Below are positions 23,975-37,715 of a DNA stretch of 60,000 nt, piece by piece. The translations under genes and the position numbers were made by a program. Source of the stretch: Schmidtea polychroa (taxonomy: Eukaryota). Each line of letters opens with the position of its first letter. The first letter of the stretch is position 1. The notes below the pieces were generated by a model. It made no database searches, was not told the DNA's origin, and saw only the letters and a list, made by a program, of their open reading frames with translations. Where the stretch lies: positions 14,386,001 through 14,446,000 of the forward strand of contig CM097885.1 of the NCBI GenBank assembly GCA_044892525.1. The letters are read 5' to 3'.

Positions 23975-24991
23975 TGTTGAGGATACCTAAATGACAAAAT
24001 ATAAATAAATAAATAAAATTACCTGGGACGATCTATGGGAAATCAGACAAGAAAGCGGAAGCAAAAAGAAATGAGAAAGAGGAAAGAAACAAAAGAAATT
24101 AAACAAGAAAATAAAAGCCAAGGTCAGTACAAATAATTTAGTACAAAAGGAAAAGGAATTTCGATAGGAAAAACAAAAATACTCTTATCTCGACAGCTTG
24201 TAAGTGATAACAGAATTGCTGGGAGAAGGCGGTTAAACAAACAAGGAAAAAGGGGAAATAGTTTGACAACCGTCAGAGATAAAAATTGAACAGTTGGGGA
24301 AAGCATGAGAAAGAAAGTGGGAAAACACTTGATTATCTTGAGTACCACAATAGAGGCAAATTATATAAAGAGAAACTAGCAGAGAGAAAATTAGACAAAA
24401 TTAGAGACAAAGAGTGACGCAAAGCGAGACAAAATTAGAGACAAAAAGTGACGCGAAATTAAGACAATTTGTGAGACAATTTGGGAGAGACAATTTGTAA
24501 GACGATTTGGGAGACAATTTGAGAAATAAAATTATTGGAGAAAAATTAAACAACGTCGGACGAAACGTTGTTGGAGAAACGATTGTGAAAAGGAATTGTA
24601 AAGAAAATAATTGTGAAAAATAATTGTTGGAGAAGATTTGAATAAAAGAATTAGTTTGAAAATTAAACGAAAAGAAGTTACTTGATTATTTGAATGAACT
24701 TGTGAAGAAGGTAAAGAAAACAGTCAGCTCAAAGTACCAGTTATTAAACCAATCAGTAATTTGTGATCTTTTAATCCGGTGATATACGCAAGTGCTATTC
24801 CTCACCGAGTGTTGTAATAAGCATTGTATAGTCACCAAGCAAAGTGTTGTATTGATTGTCAGTGTAAAGATAAAGTTTATTTGTGATTATCAATAAAGAT
24901 TTCTGTTGTCAACTGTTATTTGTGGATCATGTAAAGACACGTTTGAAGTCAGAGTAACATTTAAATTTATCAGAAACTCAATAACCCAACA
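23975..24991. mobile_element. Solo LTR (TGTTG..CAACA), 4-bp TSD TGTC
   Basis: Termini and TSD read directly; inverted homologue at 55009-56027. Confidence 0.88.
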
Positions 24992-25479
24992 TGTCTATTT
25001 CGAAACCTTTTAACCGTAATAACATATATCGATAATATACGAAAACTACATAATGTATAATTGGTTCAATACAAAAACTTTGGTATCATTGACGTTAAGC
25101 ATTTTAAGATTTTAATATTAGATTTATGAATTAATCGGCTACCGCAATGTTTGTTTCGGTTCAATTTTAAGTCTGGGATAATTCCCGTTTTTATTTCGCT
25201 AAGGTTGTGTACTCTAAAGTAGATTAAGTGTAAAATTAGATATGTAAGTTTAATGTCAAAACGGTCATTTTAATTAAAATTTACCTACTTTCCCGACTAC
25301 ACTGAGTTCAGTACGATAGGCCCTATTGTTATGTGAGGGTCATAGACCCTTTATTTACTATAAGTTTGATTCGCCCGCATAGCCGTAACGACTAATCCAG
25401 CTACCAAGATGAATTTTCTCCCACTACTCTATGGTTTATCACCATTTTATTCGTGGCGATCTCTGGTAAGAAAAAATTC

Positions 25480-27490
25480 AATTTAGGTGAATGCCAGGTC
25501 GTGGACCCAACAATGATGATGTTAATTAATTATATGTAAGCCTGGTCAAAGTGGTGTGCAATATCCTGATCACGACGGCTTTAATCACCCTTGCATAATG
25601 TTGGGCTAGAACTTATTTCTAGACCCTAAATCTTATAAATGTGACAAAATGTGTCTGCACATAGCATGCATACCTGACAATAGGTTTAGTTAAATACAAT
25701 GATAAAAACACCAAATAAGCAATATTAATTAAGAAAAACACAACAGAAAATAAAAACATTGAAATTAAATAAAATCTCACAAATGCAAGAAGTATTGCAT
25801 GAAAATTAACTCAATCATAACGGAGAAACATAAAAAATTACAAAACACAGACTCGAATGACATCGAAAGATGGTAAAATACTAAATTCTAGATGAAATTC
25901 CAGAACAATTCATAAAAATGGCGACATCCATCATAAAAGCTATGTAAATCAACAAAAGTTAATAAAAATAAATAAATTAGTTTTAAAAATAAAAATTTGA
26001 AAAAAGAATTTAGAAAAAACAACATTAAAATAAAAATTAACCTTAATTTAATATAGAAGGTTCTGGAATTGCCCAAATCCATCATGGAGGCAAATTTAAC
26101 AAAAAATAATTAAAGAATAAAAATTTAAAAATAAAAATAAAAATTATGGCACTAAAATTGCCATTAAAATATATCAAAAATAGAAAATAGAAAATTCTAG
26201 AATATAATGAATTCGAGTTTGTTTTAATGCATCAACACGCACACGTGTATTTTGCATGCACAAAACTAGGTATATACCGACACATTTTAGTCACAAAAAC
26301 ACTCTTTATGCCAAATTTCCTTTTGTCGAAATTTTAACTATCGATTTTATTGGAAAGTAAGCATGATATGTTGTTTATTATCATATTATTATAATACAAA
26401 TATTAATGATCGATTTTATATTTTTATTTTTTTTTATTTAGTATGTAAGAGGGGTTAAAATCGAATTGATTGATCTTCGATTTTGATCCGTCCTGCATCT
26501 AATCTATTAAATTTAGCGTCATTGAGCACACAGCCTTGAGACATGCAGACCACCTCCTGTCACGCATTAATCTATATTATATGTTGCGGGGTCGTCGGAT
26601 GTCGTACCGACTCGGTGGTATATGCCACCGGGTTCGTCGATGAATTCCATCTGGTACGGCGGAGTTTCTAAAACTCATTGTAATGTATTGTAATTTTTTA
26701 TTTTTTTGATTTTGTTAATCGTATGGTATGAATGCAAATAACAATTCTGCACGTTGCACGTGGAGAAGGTTTTTTATTTTATTTTTAAAAAAACAAACTA
26801 TATAGTAATAATTTACCATAGTAAATTATCACTATAGAAAAAAATTACAAAATTAAAAAATCGAAATTAATTGAATTAAAAATTAAGCTAAATCAAAAAT
26901 TTGATAATCTCGGATTCCTGCTCTAAGAAGATTCAAAAGATTTTGATTCTAATATATAAATTCAGATTTCAACTCCAATTAAGAAGATTCAAAAGATTCT
27001 TATTCTAATATAGAAAATTCGGATCCCAACTCTAATTAGGAAGATACAAAAGATTCTGATTTTAATATAGAAAATTCGGATCACAACTCTAATTAGAAAG
27101 ATACAGAAGATTCGGATTCTAATATATAAATTCAGATTTAAACTCCAATTAAGAAGATTCAAAAGCTTCTTATTCTAATATAGAAAAACCAGATTTCTCA
27201 AATTAAGAAGATTCGAGAGATTCAGGTTCTAATATAAAATTTCAGATTTCTCTAATTAAGAAGGTTATTATCGTTATTATATTACGGTAGTATATACATA
27301 GTATTATACATTACCGATTCACATAGACATTAGGGCTTGTCGTAGTGAGCATAATGTGGCCACGAAAGCAAGCAACTTTCTTTAAATCGACCTTTTTACA
27401 TGCACAATATACATATAATGTCTACACTAAAAATCTATACTAATACATTACCATAAACGGAGAAAAGCTCCAGACTCAAATTGATCACAA
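25480..27490. repeat. Dispersed repeat family, largely inverted homologue of ~49270-50345
   Basis: Blocks 25599-26310, 26585-26665 and 27325-27485 match 49860-50344, 49495-49565 and 49270-49440 in reverse. LTR-like TGTTGGG terminus at 25599 and 50344. Confidence 0.75.
26905..27262. repeat. Minisatellite, ~56-bp unit (AAGAAGATTCAAAAGATTCTGATTCTAATATAGAAAATTC..), ~6 copies
   Basis: Seen directly. Confidence 0.88.
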
Positions 27491-28772
27491 TATTGAACTA
27501 AAATTGTATTCGGCTAAGCCTAAATTATAGAATACATCGATTTGGGTATGGAATTCCCCATTGCGCATATGCATTCTGGAATAAAAGTTGAAGTTTAAAG
27601 AAGATGGAAGTAGTCGTCAGTTACTACAATGATAATTTCAATACTCAGAAATAATAAATGAATTACCACAAGAAAAGGACTAAATTTCGTAAGAGGAAAA
27701 TCGTGTAAAAGGAGAACAACTATGGTTTGGAACATTTCGAAATGCATATGCGCAGCTCAGGAATCCCCAGTTCATTTAGTTAATTAAAGTTAATTTGCTA
27801 GTTATGAAAATAATCATATTCATATCCAAAATTTATATAGTAAACCTTTTTATAAATTATAAATTGCCGATACCCAGAATCGGATACTTATGTATATTAA
27901 TAGTATTCATAAATTATAAACCCAGAAAGTATTTTTTTTGATATTTAGCTTTACCCTTAACCCTTACTTATATCTGTAATTATATTGCCATACTCATAAA
28001 GCTAGAACTCATAATGTATTATATTATAATTACCTCTAATTTCATTAAACTATATTTATCAAATTGAAACATTTTATAATGATAAAATACATCCATAATA
28101 CTTATAAAATTGAGATTAATGATTTTATAGATATTCATCAAAATTCATGCTCCCTACACTTATGAACCTGAAAGCTATAATAACTGCTTATACATCTACC
28201 ATTATAGTATTACGTATTTACATTGTTTCTAAATTTAAAATTCAGTATTGAATTTATAAACTTATACTCTAAAAATTTGTAAATCCCCCTACAACATCCT
28301 ATATTTATATTCTCATACTAATATATATATATATATATATATTACTTATAAATAAAAATTCTTATATACATCCCCCCTCCCCACAGTCTCCCCTATATCT
28401 AGAACCATATCAATACTACTTATATATACTACTTAGACCCATCAATTATAAATAAAATTTTATAAATCAATCCCCTATAGTCCCAGGGATCTCTCTGGTC
28501 ATACTAATGCTGCTTATATATGTTACTTATAAATAAAAGAATTTACAATTTGAAATTTTATAAATAACCCCCCCCCCCTTATAATTCTATATATATATTT
28601 ATCTATATCTCCCTATTAATAACTAATACTCACATTTTGCTTATGTAAATTACGTTTAGATCTATTTATTTCATGTTAAAAAGTTGAACGCGAAACCTTT
28701 AAATATTTCATGATTAACTCAATGACGTACTTGATAATAAGTACATTAACCTAAATCGTTTAATTATTTATG

Positions 28773-29831
28773 TGTTGAGGTCTGTAAATTAAAATAAATT
28801 TAAATGAAATTTAGGTTGAAAATTTAAATAAAAATAAGTGAAGAAAAAAGACAAATAAAACCGTGATCATGCACAGTATTGATAGTAAAGGAAAGTATGA
28901 TGGAAGCAGTATTAGGAAATGGCAAACGCAATTGCGAAAGGAAAGAATTCGGAAATCCGAGAAAAATCAATGAATTGTAAAATCATCGAAATCGAATTGG
29001 GAAAACGGAACAGGTATAGATTAGCTAATAGTCAACAAGATGATGATTAGGGATTTATCAGGAAATGGTTAGAAAGGTTCGAAAAGTATTCGAATATTTT
29101 AAAACAAAAAACGTTAATTAATTAATTAATTAGCTAATTGAAAACCCGAGCTAATAGGAAACCCGAGCCAATGGAGAACCCGAGAGATGAAGGAAACCTG
29201 AGCTGGGTATACAAAAAGCAAAGTAAATAGAAGGAAGATTTGAACCCATTATCGTGACACAATGATTAATGGGAAAAAACCAAGGAGAAGACAGTGCGTG
29301 CAGAAAGGCCGGGCGGGCCATTAATTATCTTTGTTCGTTGGACCATTATGGGTGACAGCCGAAGCAGATATGTAGAAGCAAATGTCAAGTGAGAGATTGG
29401 CTCAGCAATAACCATTTGTATCCCGATTTCAAAGAGTATATAAGGAAGGGGAAAATCAGAGCAAATCGGTATTTTGCCTCAAGTAGGGTAAGAAGAATCG
29501 AGAAAAGTCGAGAGGTAAAAACGAATTAAGGATATTAGGGAAAAGTAGATATAGAATAGGAATACGGAAAGGTGAAAAAGAATCAAATCAAATAGAGAAA
29601 GAGGAAAACGTGGGTCAAGAGAATCTAAAGAAATAAAAGGTGAATATTATCTTTTGCCAAAGCATCAACGCCGTGCTGAGAATCGGTCAAACGTAACTTT
29701 GATTATTGATTGTAAAGTGTTGAGAAAAGATTATAAATTTTGTTATTCCAATATACGTTGGTAGTTATTGTTTTGATTTAAAGGACACGGGGAGTCAGCA
29801 GTTACCGACTTAAATTAACTAAAACCCAACA
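28773..29831. mobile_element. Solo LTR (TGTTG..CAACA), 4-bp TSD TATG
   Basis: Termini and TSD read directly. Confidence 0.88.
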
Positions 29832-31289
29832 TATGTTTTAACTCTAATATTAGAATTTACAATTTTTAATTTTGACCCCCACTAAAGAACTACTACCATT
29901 TATCCAATCCCAGTTGTATCAATGCAAATTACTTATTTCTATACGCTTGACTAAATTTACAAGTTTTAAAGATTATAATTTATGAATTCTGTACGACCCC
30001 CTCAAGTAAAATGACCACCAACCCCTCCTAACCACGCCAAAATAAATGAAAATTTTCGCAGGCAACTACCCCCAAGTAATTTTCCGAGTTAGCTTAATTC
30101 GGCGTATATCTAACTTCAAGTGGAAATAAAAATCGAGTCAAAAATTTTTTTAGATAAAAATCAAAAGCCCGAACTGAAGTCAAACTTTATTAATAAATGA
30201 AAACTGAAATTCCAAAAATTCTAACAATATTTATTAAAAGTAAGGAAAGTATTGAAACCGATGGAATGAATAGAAATTAGAAATCCTCTAACAACCTGAA
30301 TATATAAACTACATTGTTCAATTTATCGATTGGAATTTCAAGTAAAATTATCGATTTTCCATTTTTCGGATCGATCAATAGGCGAGTGACGAACCCTTGT
30401 GCCATTAATAGCAACGTACCCGTCATAGAATATTGACTATAAATTCAGACACTGTAACCAATCCAACGCGTCAATTCCACGAATCGACCAATCACCATCG
30501 GCCATAAGGAAATATCAATTTAACACCCAATCGCATCGTAAATTAACCTACACTTACTCCAGAAGCGAACTCCGATAATATGTTAAAAGACAAAAATAAA
30601 TTAATTTTCAATCTAATAAAATTTAATAAAAAATTTATTAAAAAATTATTTTACATCACGTGACATTGTAAAATCTACACAAATATGAAATTCACATTTT
30701 AAGAACTTTTCCACTGTATTAATGTGATAATATTTTAAATAAAATTTAATTATTAATATAAATTTATTAGTTAATTATTTTGCACTAAAATTTTGAATTT
30801 TCGTAATTTTTGCACTTTAATTTCCTTTTGAATTTGAATTAATTTTGGAGGAATTTAATTATTTTTCTTAATTATTTATTTTGTGTATTTAATAGAAAAT
30901 AAAACTTAGAAAATTACATTAAATTGTCACAAAAATTAATTAATTATTAATATTAGTTTCTAAAAGAAATTTTAATTTTAAAATGTTATCTCAGCGTAAT
31001 AATTTCTTGCGTGGAAATAATTCGCATAAAAGCGGAAGATTTATAAAAAATTTTAATTAAAAAAAACATTTCAATAATCCTAAACAGGTCTTCATTTCTG
31101 TAATAATTGCACATTTTGTTCTATTTGTAAAATAAAAAATTATTACTGAATTAGTTTTTATTTCAGAAACAAAATTTAAATTTTCTAATTTTTATCATTT
31201 AAAATACCGCAACGTAATATATTTTAAAAAAATGATAATCATATATAACGAAGGAATGAACTTTTATCATTTATAAAATTCAGATTAAA

Positions 31290-31661
31290 ATGGCTCCTTC
31301 AGCAAAAGTCGCTACAAAATCAGTAAAGAAGATTTCCAAGGAAGTTGTGAAATCCGACAAAAAGAAGAGATCTCACAAACGTAAAGAAAGCTATGGTATC
31401 TATATCTACAAAGTTCTCAGACAAGTTCATCCAGATACTGGAATTTCTGGTAAAGCCATGTCAATCATGAACAGCTTCGTTAATGACGTATTCGAAAGAA
31501 TCGCAACTGAAGCTAGTAAGTTGGCAACTTACAACAAGAAATCAACGATTTCCAGCAGAGAGATCCAAACTGCTGTCCGATTGATCTTGCCTGGAGAATT
31601 GGCCAAGCATGCTGTCAGTGAAGGAACCAAGGCTGTCACTAAATACACTGGTTCCAAGTAA
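31290..31661 (+). CDS. H2B: Histone H2B (replication-dependent type, stem-loop present)
   Basis: Intact 123-aa H2B; differs from the 10438-10809 copy at two residues (A5/T5, S28/F28). Confidence 0.98.
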   Translation: MAPSAKVATKSVKKISKEVVKSDKKKRSHKRKESYGIYIYKVLRQVHPDTGISGKAMSIMNSFVNDVFERIATEASKLATYNKKSTISSREIQTAVRLILPGELAKHAVSEGTKAVTKYTGSK

Positions 31662-31696
31662 ATTGTTGATTTTCATTTAGTTTGAGAATGTTCAAC

Positions 31697-31712
31697 GGTC
31701 CTCTTTAGGACC
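31697..31712 (+). promoter_or_regulatory. Histone mRNA 3' stem-loop
   Basis: CAAC-GGTCCT-CTTT-AGGACC-ACAAA: 6-bp stem and 4-nt loop, 35 nt after the stop codon. Confidence 0.92.
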
Positions 31713-32569
31713 ACAAATGTTGGTTGTGATATTACAGTTTGATTTTGTATGCTATTTGATGTTCTCTTAGACATTTATACGTTTGTAATGTTTGTATTTC
31801 ATGTAAATTGTTTTTGTATTTGAACTGCAATGAGAACAATTACACGTGCCAACAATAAATAAGGCAAATAGGCCCTGTGATCTTTTCTGTCCTTAGCAAG
31901 AGAGTAAAAGATTTGAAAGACAATCTGATGAAGGCATTGTTACTTCAAGAAGTGATAGAATGAGTGGCTAAAGTTATTATGATTCCTTCGGGTTCTTTTA
32001 ATTATTTCAAGTGCAAGAGATCAATATAAATTCAAGATAAAATATTGTGAAGGTTTCTTTCTTGACACAAGGTCTGACTATTGCAAAAGGTCCAAAGGCT
32101 GCTGTAAAACACAAAGATCTAGCTTAGGATGATATTTTGTTACCCGTATGCCTCGTGATTGGTTAAATTTCATTTGATTATAAATGATTTTAATTAATAA
32201 TTAATTAGTTTTTGCAACAAATTATATTATACTGTTTACGGACCCCTTTTAGAAATATTTATCGAGCATAATTCCATCCAGCATCTTGCTCATTTGAAAT
32301 TATTATTTGTGTTGCCTGATAACGTTTGACTAGAGGCATTTGTTCTGGGGACTCTTCAAATTTTGGTGAAAATTAATTTATAACTCACATAGCAACTGTC
32401 TTATTATGATGTGCTTTTCAATGTAGAATGCGTTTAGCATTACTCTTATTAGCTCTCCTGTCACCTATTTCCAAATCGACTCCCTCTTTCTCTGTATATA
32501 AAACAATCATCTCATGATGTTATGAAGAGTAATTAGTAATGATGTCTACAATTTCTAGAACAATTTCAG

Positions 32570-33349
32570 TTTACACCACTTTTTCCTATTTTTTTACTCT
32601 TTTTACTCTGCACACTTCAATTTCAACCACAATCTTGCGCAAGGAAAAATCTTCCAACGGGAGATCTCTCTTTCTGGTACGCTAAGAATCAAAATGATTT
32701 GGTTGACACTAAGTTTTAAATCGATTTTTATTCCCTTTCAATTTACTGTCAATCGCATTTCTTCAACCAACTGTCAATTCTGTTGACTTGACTGTTCTTT
32801 TTATACACATCCCATAATTCCATGAGTTCCTCATCAAATTAGTTCTGGTATCTTTTTTCCGGGATTCCCCTTGCCGACCTAATTGGGTTTGAGTTTGTAG
32901 CCTTCAGGCCTCCGGGTAATTTATTTATTTTTGACAACTTTCCCGAATTTAATTTCCAGCCTGCCAATTTCATTTTCTCATTCCCTTTCAGTTTCACTCT
33001 ACCTAATAAAATAATAATGTTGATCACTCGGGTTTTCTCACACTCCTCGAATTTTCTTTTAGCTAATTAATTTTTAATTAATTTTAGGTTTTTGTAATTA
33101 TTTCCTTCTAGGGACCCACGTTAACTTTATTATTATTATATTTAAACTTGTGTCATTGTCTGTCCATACCAGGTGTCCTTGGAAAATATTCTTTTTTAAT
33201 TTTTATGATTTTTTAATTAATATTTTGTATTTCTGATTATTATTGTGAATTTGATGTTTTTATTGATTTTTCATTTGCTTGTGTGCCTATTTCATCGGGT
33301 TTTATAGTTATAACATGTCGAGTCAGGCTGTAACTGTTTCTTTCCAACA
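32570..33349. mobile_element. Truncated LTR, inverted relative of 42923-43736
   Basis: Shared ATCTTCCAACGGGAGAT..TCTGGTACG block; ends CCAACA. Confidence 0.7.
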
Positions 33350-33386
33350 ATACTTTTAAGAGGAAGACATGGAAACGTTATAGCCA

Positions 33387-33800
33387 ACGAGAATGTGCAT
33401 AGATCTTCAAAGGGTTTTTAGGGGCTAAAAATGGTTGAAATTTACCTAAATCCATCCTTTACCGTGATCAATTAGTTATAGTAAAATAATAAACATCACT
33501 TTGTTAGCATTTTCTTATTTATGTATGTTTATTTATAAAATAATACTTTACTTTTTTTGGTTGCAAACCTCAGCCTATTATCCTAATTCGTGTTGTTGGC
33601 CAAAAATGTTAAGAACCTTGGACCTTAATAAAAACTATAACTTATTAAATCAAATATAAGTTATTTGTGCTTGTTAATTGATGCCAAATATCACGAGAAT
33701 GCGCATAGATCTTCAAAGGGTTTTTAGGGGCTAAAATGGTTGAAATTTACCTAAATCCATCCTTTACCGTGATCAATTAGTTATAATAAAATAATAAACA
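33387..33800. repeat. ~113-bp direct repeat (33387-33497 and 33693-33800) upstream of the ARF-like gene
   Basis: ACGAGAATGYGCATAGATCTTCAAAGGGTTTTTAGGGGCT..AATAATAAACA occurs twice. Confidence 0.9.
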
Positions 33801-33968
33801 AAAACTTTATTAATTTGTATTTTCACGCATGAGCAGCTTCATTCTAAAACATAATCAATAATTAGAGACTTCTAATAATCTATGGTGCTGAATAATGTTT
33901 TTAGACATTATATTATTGATAAGCTTGCAAATAAATAAAACCAGTTCAAGTCTCTCTGTTAAAATTCG

Positions 33969-34576
33969 ATGGGATCAAAAATCAGCAAATCAAAAAATCC
34001 CAGAAGAATTCTAATGCTAGGATTGGACTCCGCCGGAAAGACGTCAATTGTTTATAGGCTGAAATTAAACGAACAGATGTTAACAATTCCAACGATTGGG
34101 TTCAATGTTGAGGAAATAAAAGTTAGAAAAGGTTTGAGATTCACAATCTGGGATGTTGGAGGACAGGACAAAATAAGGATGCTGTGGAGACATTATTACC
34201 GAAATAGCAGAGCCTTGATATACGTTGTTGACAGTAATGATAATGAAAGGATGGATATTGCAAAAAATGAGTTATTTTCAATTTTCGAATCAGACGACAT
34301 GAAACAGGTATATTCATACGTATTTTTACGTAACTCTAATGGGAGGTTTTTATCTAGATCCCTGTTGTTGTAATTGCCAATAAACAGGACTTACCAAATG
34401 CTATGTCTCCCGAGGAAATTCAAGAAAGATTAGAGTTAAAAAAGCTTGAACCTGCCCATAAATGGCACATGCAACCATGTTGTGCAATATCTGGGGACGG
34501 GTTGATTGAAGCAATGACAGCGGTTGCAAAATTGTCATCTGAGTACATTAAAATTTGTAAAAGAGAATTGAGATAA
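33969..34576 (+). CDS. ARF-family small GTPase (ARF-like), 2 exons: 33969-34307 and 34358-34576, 185 aa
   Basis: MGxxx[23 protein letters not shown]; a 50-nt GT-AG intron restores NKQD and CCAISGDG. Confidence 0.95.
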
Positions 34577-35134
34577 AAATTATTTTTAATGAAATTAAGT
34601 TTATTTATAACCTATTTCCTCTCCTTTTTATATCTAATTTGCGTTCATGTTGGTGTCGTGAGTTTTCCTTAGGCCGAAAAGACTTGAAAGTTTTGTTAGA
34701 GTTATGTAAGTTAGTGTAAATTGCACAAAAAGCTATAATAAAAAATGAATTACATTAATTAAATTAACTAAAAATTAATTACATTAATTAAATTAATCAA
34801 AAAATTAATAAGTCTTCTGGCTAACTATTAATGATTTGATATAGACTAATCGATTTAATTGGTAAACAAAATTCCGAGATTGAGAGGCGAGATGACAGTC
34901 TGTCAAGCTAAAATAAAATAATTTAATTTCCTTCACAATTTGTGGTTTCTTGAGACCAGAAAAGCTGATTTGAAAGAACGAGTGATGTAAAAAAGGCATA
35001 TAAAAGGATCTAAAAACATGGGAAGACTATCATACAATTAAGTTTATTATAATTATAAAACTAAAATATGAAACAATAAAATGAAAATATTATTTTTATT
35101 TTTATATTAAATTATTAATTTAATTTAATTAATG

Positions 35135-35768
35135 TCATTGAACTGAGCTGGCTGAACTTCTAATTTCGTAGTATTGGCTGGACAGAATCGAAACTTTCTG
35201 TATCATTTCCGGTAACCCCTTCCCATTCATAGCGCTGCATAGCACAAGGTCCCATCTGTGAGATTCTGTTAATTGTTTTAATTTTAAACCATCCGTAACC
35301 TCATCGGCAGTCATTATGTTTCGAAGGTCACTTTTGTTGCCGACTATTAAAACAGGAATCTAGAATTTTATAGTTTATTAGCTCATAAACACAATTTCTT
35401 ACAGTTCGCATCTCAATAAATGATAGCACATAATATAACTCTTTGCGAGCTTCATCAATCCTTGAGAAGTCATTGAGGTCTACCACAAAAATCAGAGCAT
35501 GAGCATGGTAAAAATTATGCCTCCATAGCGATCGCTGCTTTTTTTGACCACTGTAATCAATTAAATTACATTTTATTCCATTTTTCAAATAACTCTTCTC
35601 CAGATTGAACCCGGTCGTCGGAACTGTTGACACATATTCATTCAGTTTCCATCTGTAAAGAAGCGAGGTCTTTCCAACTGAATCAAGACCTAAGAGAAGA
35701 ATGTTCACCCGGGGATTTGATAGGAGCTTTGCAAATAATGAACAGAATTTGGTTAAAAAACCCCCCAT
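35135..35768 (-). CDS. Divergent ARF-like GTPase paralogue, 2 exons: 35768-35403 and 35359-35135, 196 aa
   Basis: MGxxxT, GLDSVGKT, PTTGFN, DYSGQ; a 43-nt intron at the same position as in the neighbour restores NKSD and CSAMNGKG. Confidence 0.92.
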
Positions 35769-37715
35769 GATAAAGTTAAATTATTATATTCATTTTTTTA
35801 CTAAAAATTGATTATAATTAATTAATATTTTTATATTATAAATAATTAAGCTCATTAAATTTCTTGTTTTGCTTTCATAATTAATTGTTTATTATCTGAT
35901 TGTTTAATGTTATCTTAATCAGGGACGGATCTACATATGGGCTAATAGGGCTATAGCCCTGGGCCCAGATCCACAAGGGGCCCAACCTCTCGGACATATA
36001 TCTATTATATTCTATACCAAGCCCGGCTTATAAGAGAAAACATCGAAACACAAAAAATTTAAAACACAAATTTACTAATATTTATTAAAAATCAACAAAA
36101 AATAATATATAACATTAAAACGTGATTAATTTTCATCACTTAATCACCTCAAGGAATGATCAGGGTCATTTTTATTAACCGGTAGTGATAAGACGCAGCT
36201 GCAGAAACAAATAATGACCGTATTGTAAATAAGCATTATTTGGTCGACTATTGTATCAGTATTTGAGAGTGCTGGTATGTAAATAGTAACTAGTTTTGTT
36301 ACGATAAACTAAGAAAAGACTTTTGCCGCTTCATTCGCCCAATAAATGAACTCGCATTGTTTCTGGGTTATACTTCAAATTGCATTATTTCGACTATCTC
36401 AGTTCGCAGTTGACCCTTGACCTCGAACATACGTAGAGCGTAGAGGACTAGAGGTATTCTTAAAACTTAATTTAATGGTGCACAAAACTATTTACTATAA
36501 ACAATTAATTGATACTTTTCCAAATACATTATTAAAAATTTTCCATACGATACCTATTACTAATTGTGAAGTCGAAAGATCATTCTCAAGAATGAGTTAC
36601 ATTAAAAATAAACAAAGAAATAAAATAAATAATGAGAGATAAGCGGACTTGATAATTTTATCAGTGGAAAGTGATTTAACGAAGTTATTAAGGAATATGA
36701 GCAGAATGAGCAGAAAGAATGTTCACCCGGGGATTTGATAGGAGCTTTGCAAATAATGAACAGAATTTGGTTAAAAAACCCCCCATGATAAAGTTAAATT
36801 ATTATATTCATTTTTTTACTAAAAATTGATTATAATTAATTAATATTTTTATATTATAAATAATTAAGCTCATTAAATTTCTTGTTTTGCTTTCATAATT
36901 AATTGTTTATTATCTGATTGTTTAATGTTATCTTAATCAGGGACGGATCTACATATGGGCTAATAGGGCTATAGCCCTGGGCCCAGATCCACAAGGGGCC
37001 CAACCTCTCGGACATATATCTATTATATTCTATACCAAGCCCGGCTTATAAGAGAAAACATCGAAACACAAAATTTAAAACACAAATTTACTAATATTTA
37101 TTAAAAATCAACAAAAAATAATATATAACATTAAAACGTGATTAATTTTCATCACTTAATCACCTCAAGGAATGATCAGGGTCATTTTTATTAACCGGTA
37201 GTGATAAGACGCAGCTGCAGAAACAAATAATGACCGTATTGTAAATAAGCATTATTTGGTCGACTATTGTATCAGTATTTGAGAGTGCTGGTATGTAAAT
37301 AGTAACTAGTTTTGTTACGATAAACTAAGAAAAGACTTTTGCCGCTTCATTCGCCCAATAAATGAACTCGCATTGTTTCTGGGTTATACTTCAAATTGCA
37401 TTATTTCGACTATCTCAGTTCGCAGTTGACCCTTGACCTCGAACATACGTAGAGCGTAGAGGACTAGAGGTATTCTTAAAACTTAATTTAATGGTGCACA
37501 AAACTATTTACTATAAACAATTAATTGATACTTTTCCAAATACATTATTAAAAATTTTCCATACGATACCTATTACTAATTGTGAAGTCGAAAGATCATT
37601 CTCAAGAATGAGTTACATTAAAAATAAACAAAGAAATAAAATAAATAATGAGAGATAAGCGGACTTGATAATTTTATCAGTGGAAAGTGATTTAACGAAG
37701 TTATTAAGGAATATG
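35697..37715. repeat. ~1.02-kb near-perfect tandem duplication (35697-36698 / 36715-37715)
   Basis: Copies include the ARL 5' end and a hAT left half; the differences seen are homopolymer lengths. Confidence 0.95.

Noticed and set aside
28405..28432. TATATACTACT as the Maverick right TIR
   Set aside because: The match to the 307 terminus does not extend beyond ~11 AT-rich bases, and no TSD is present.
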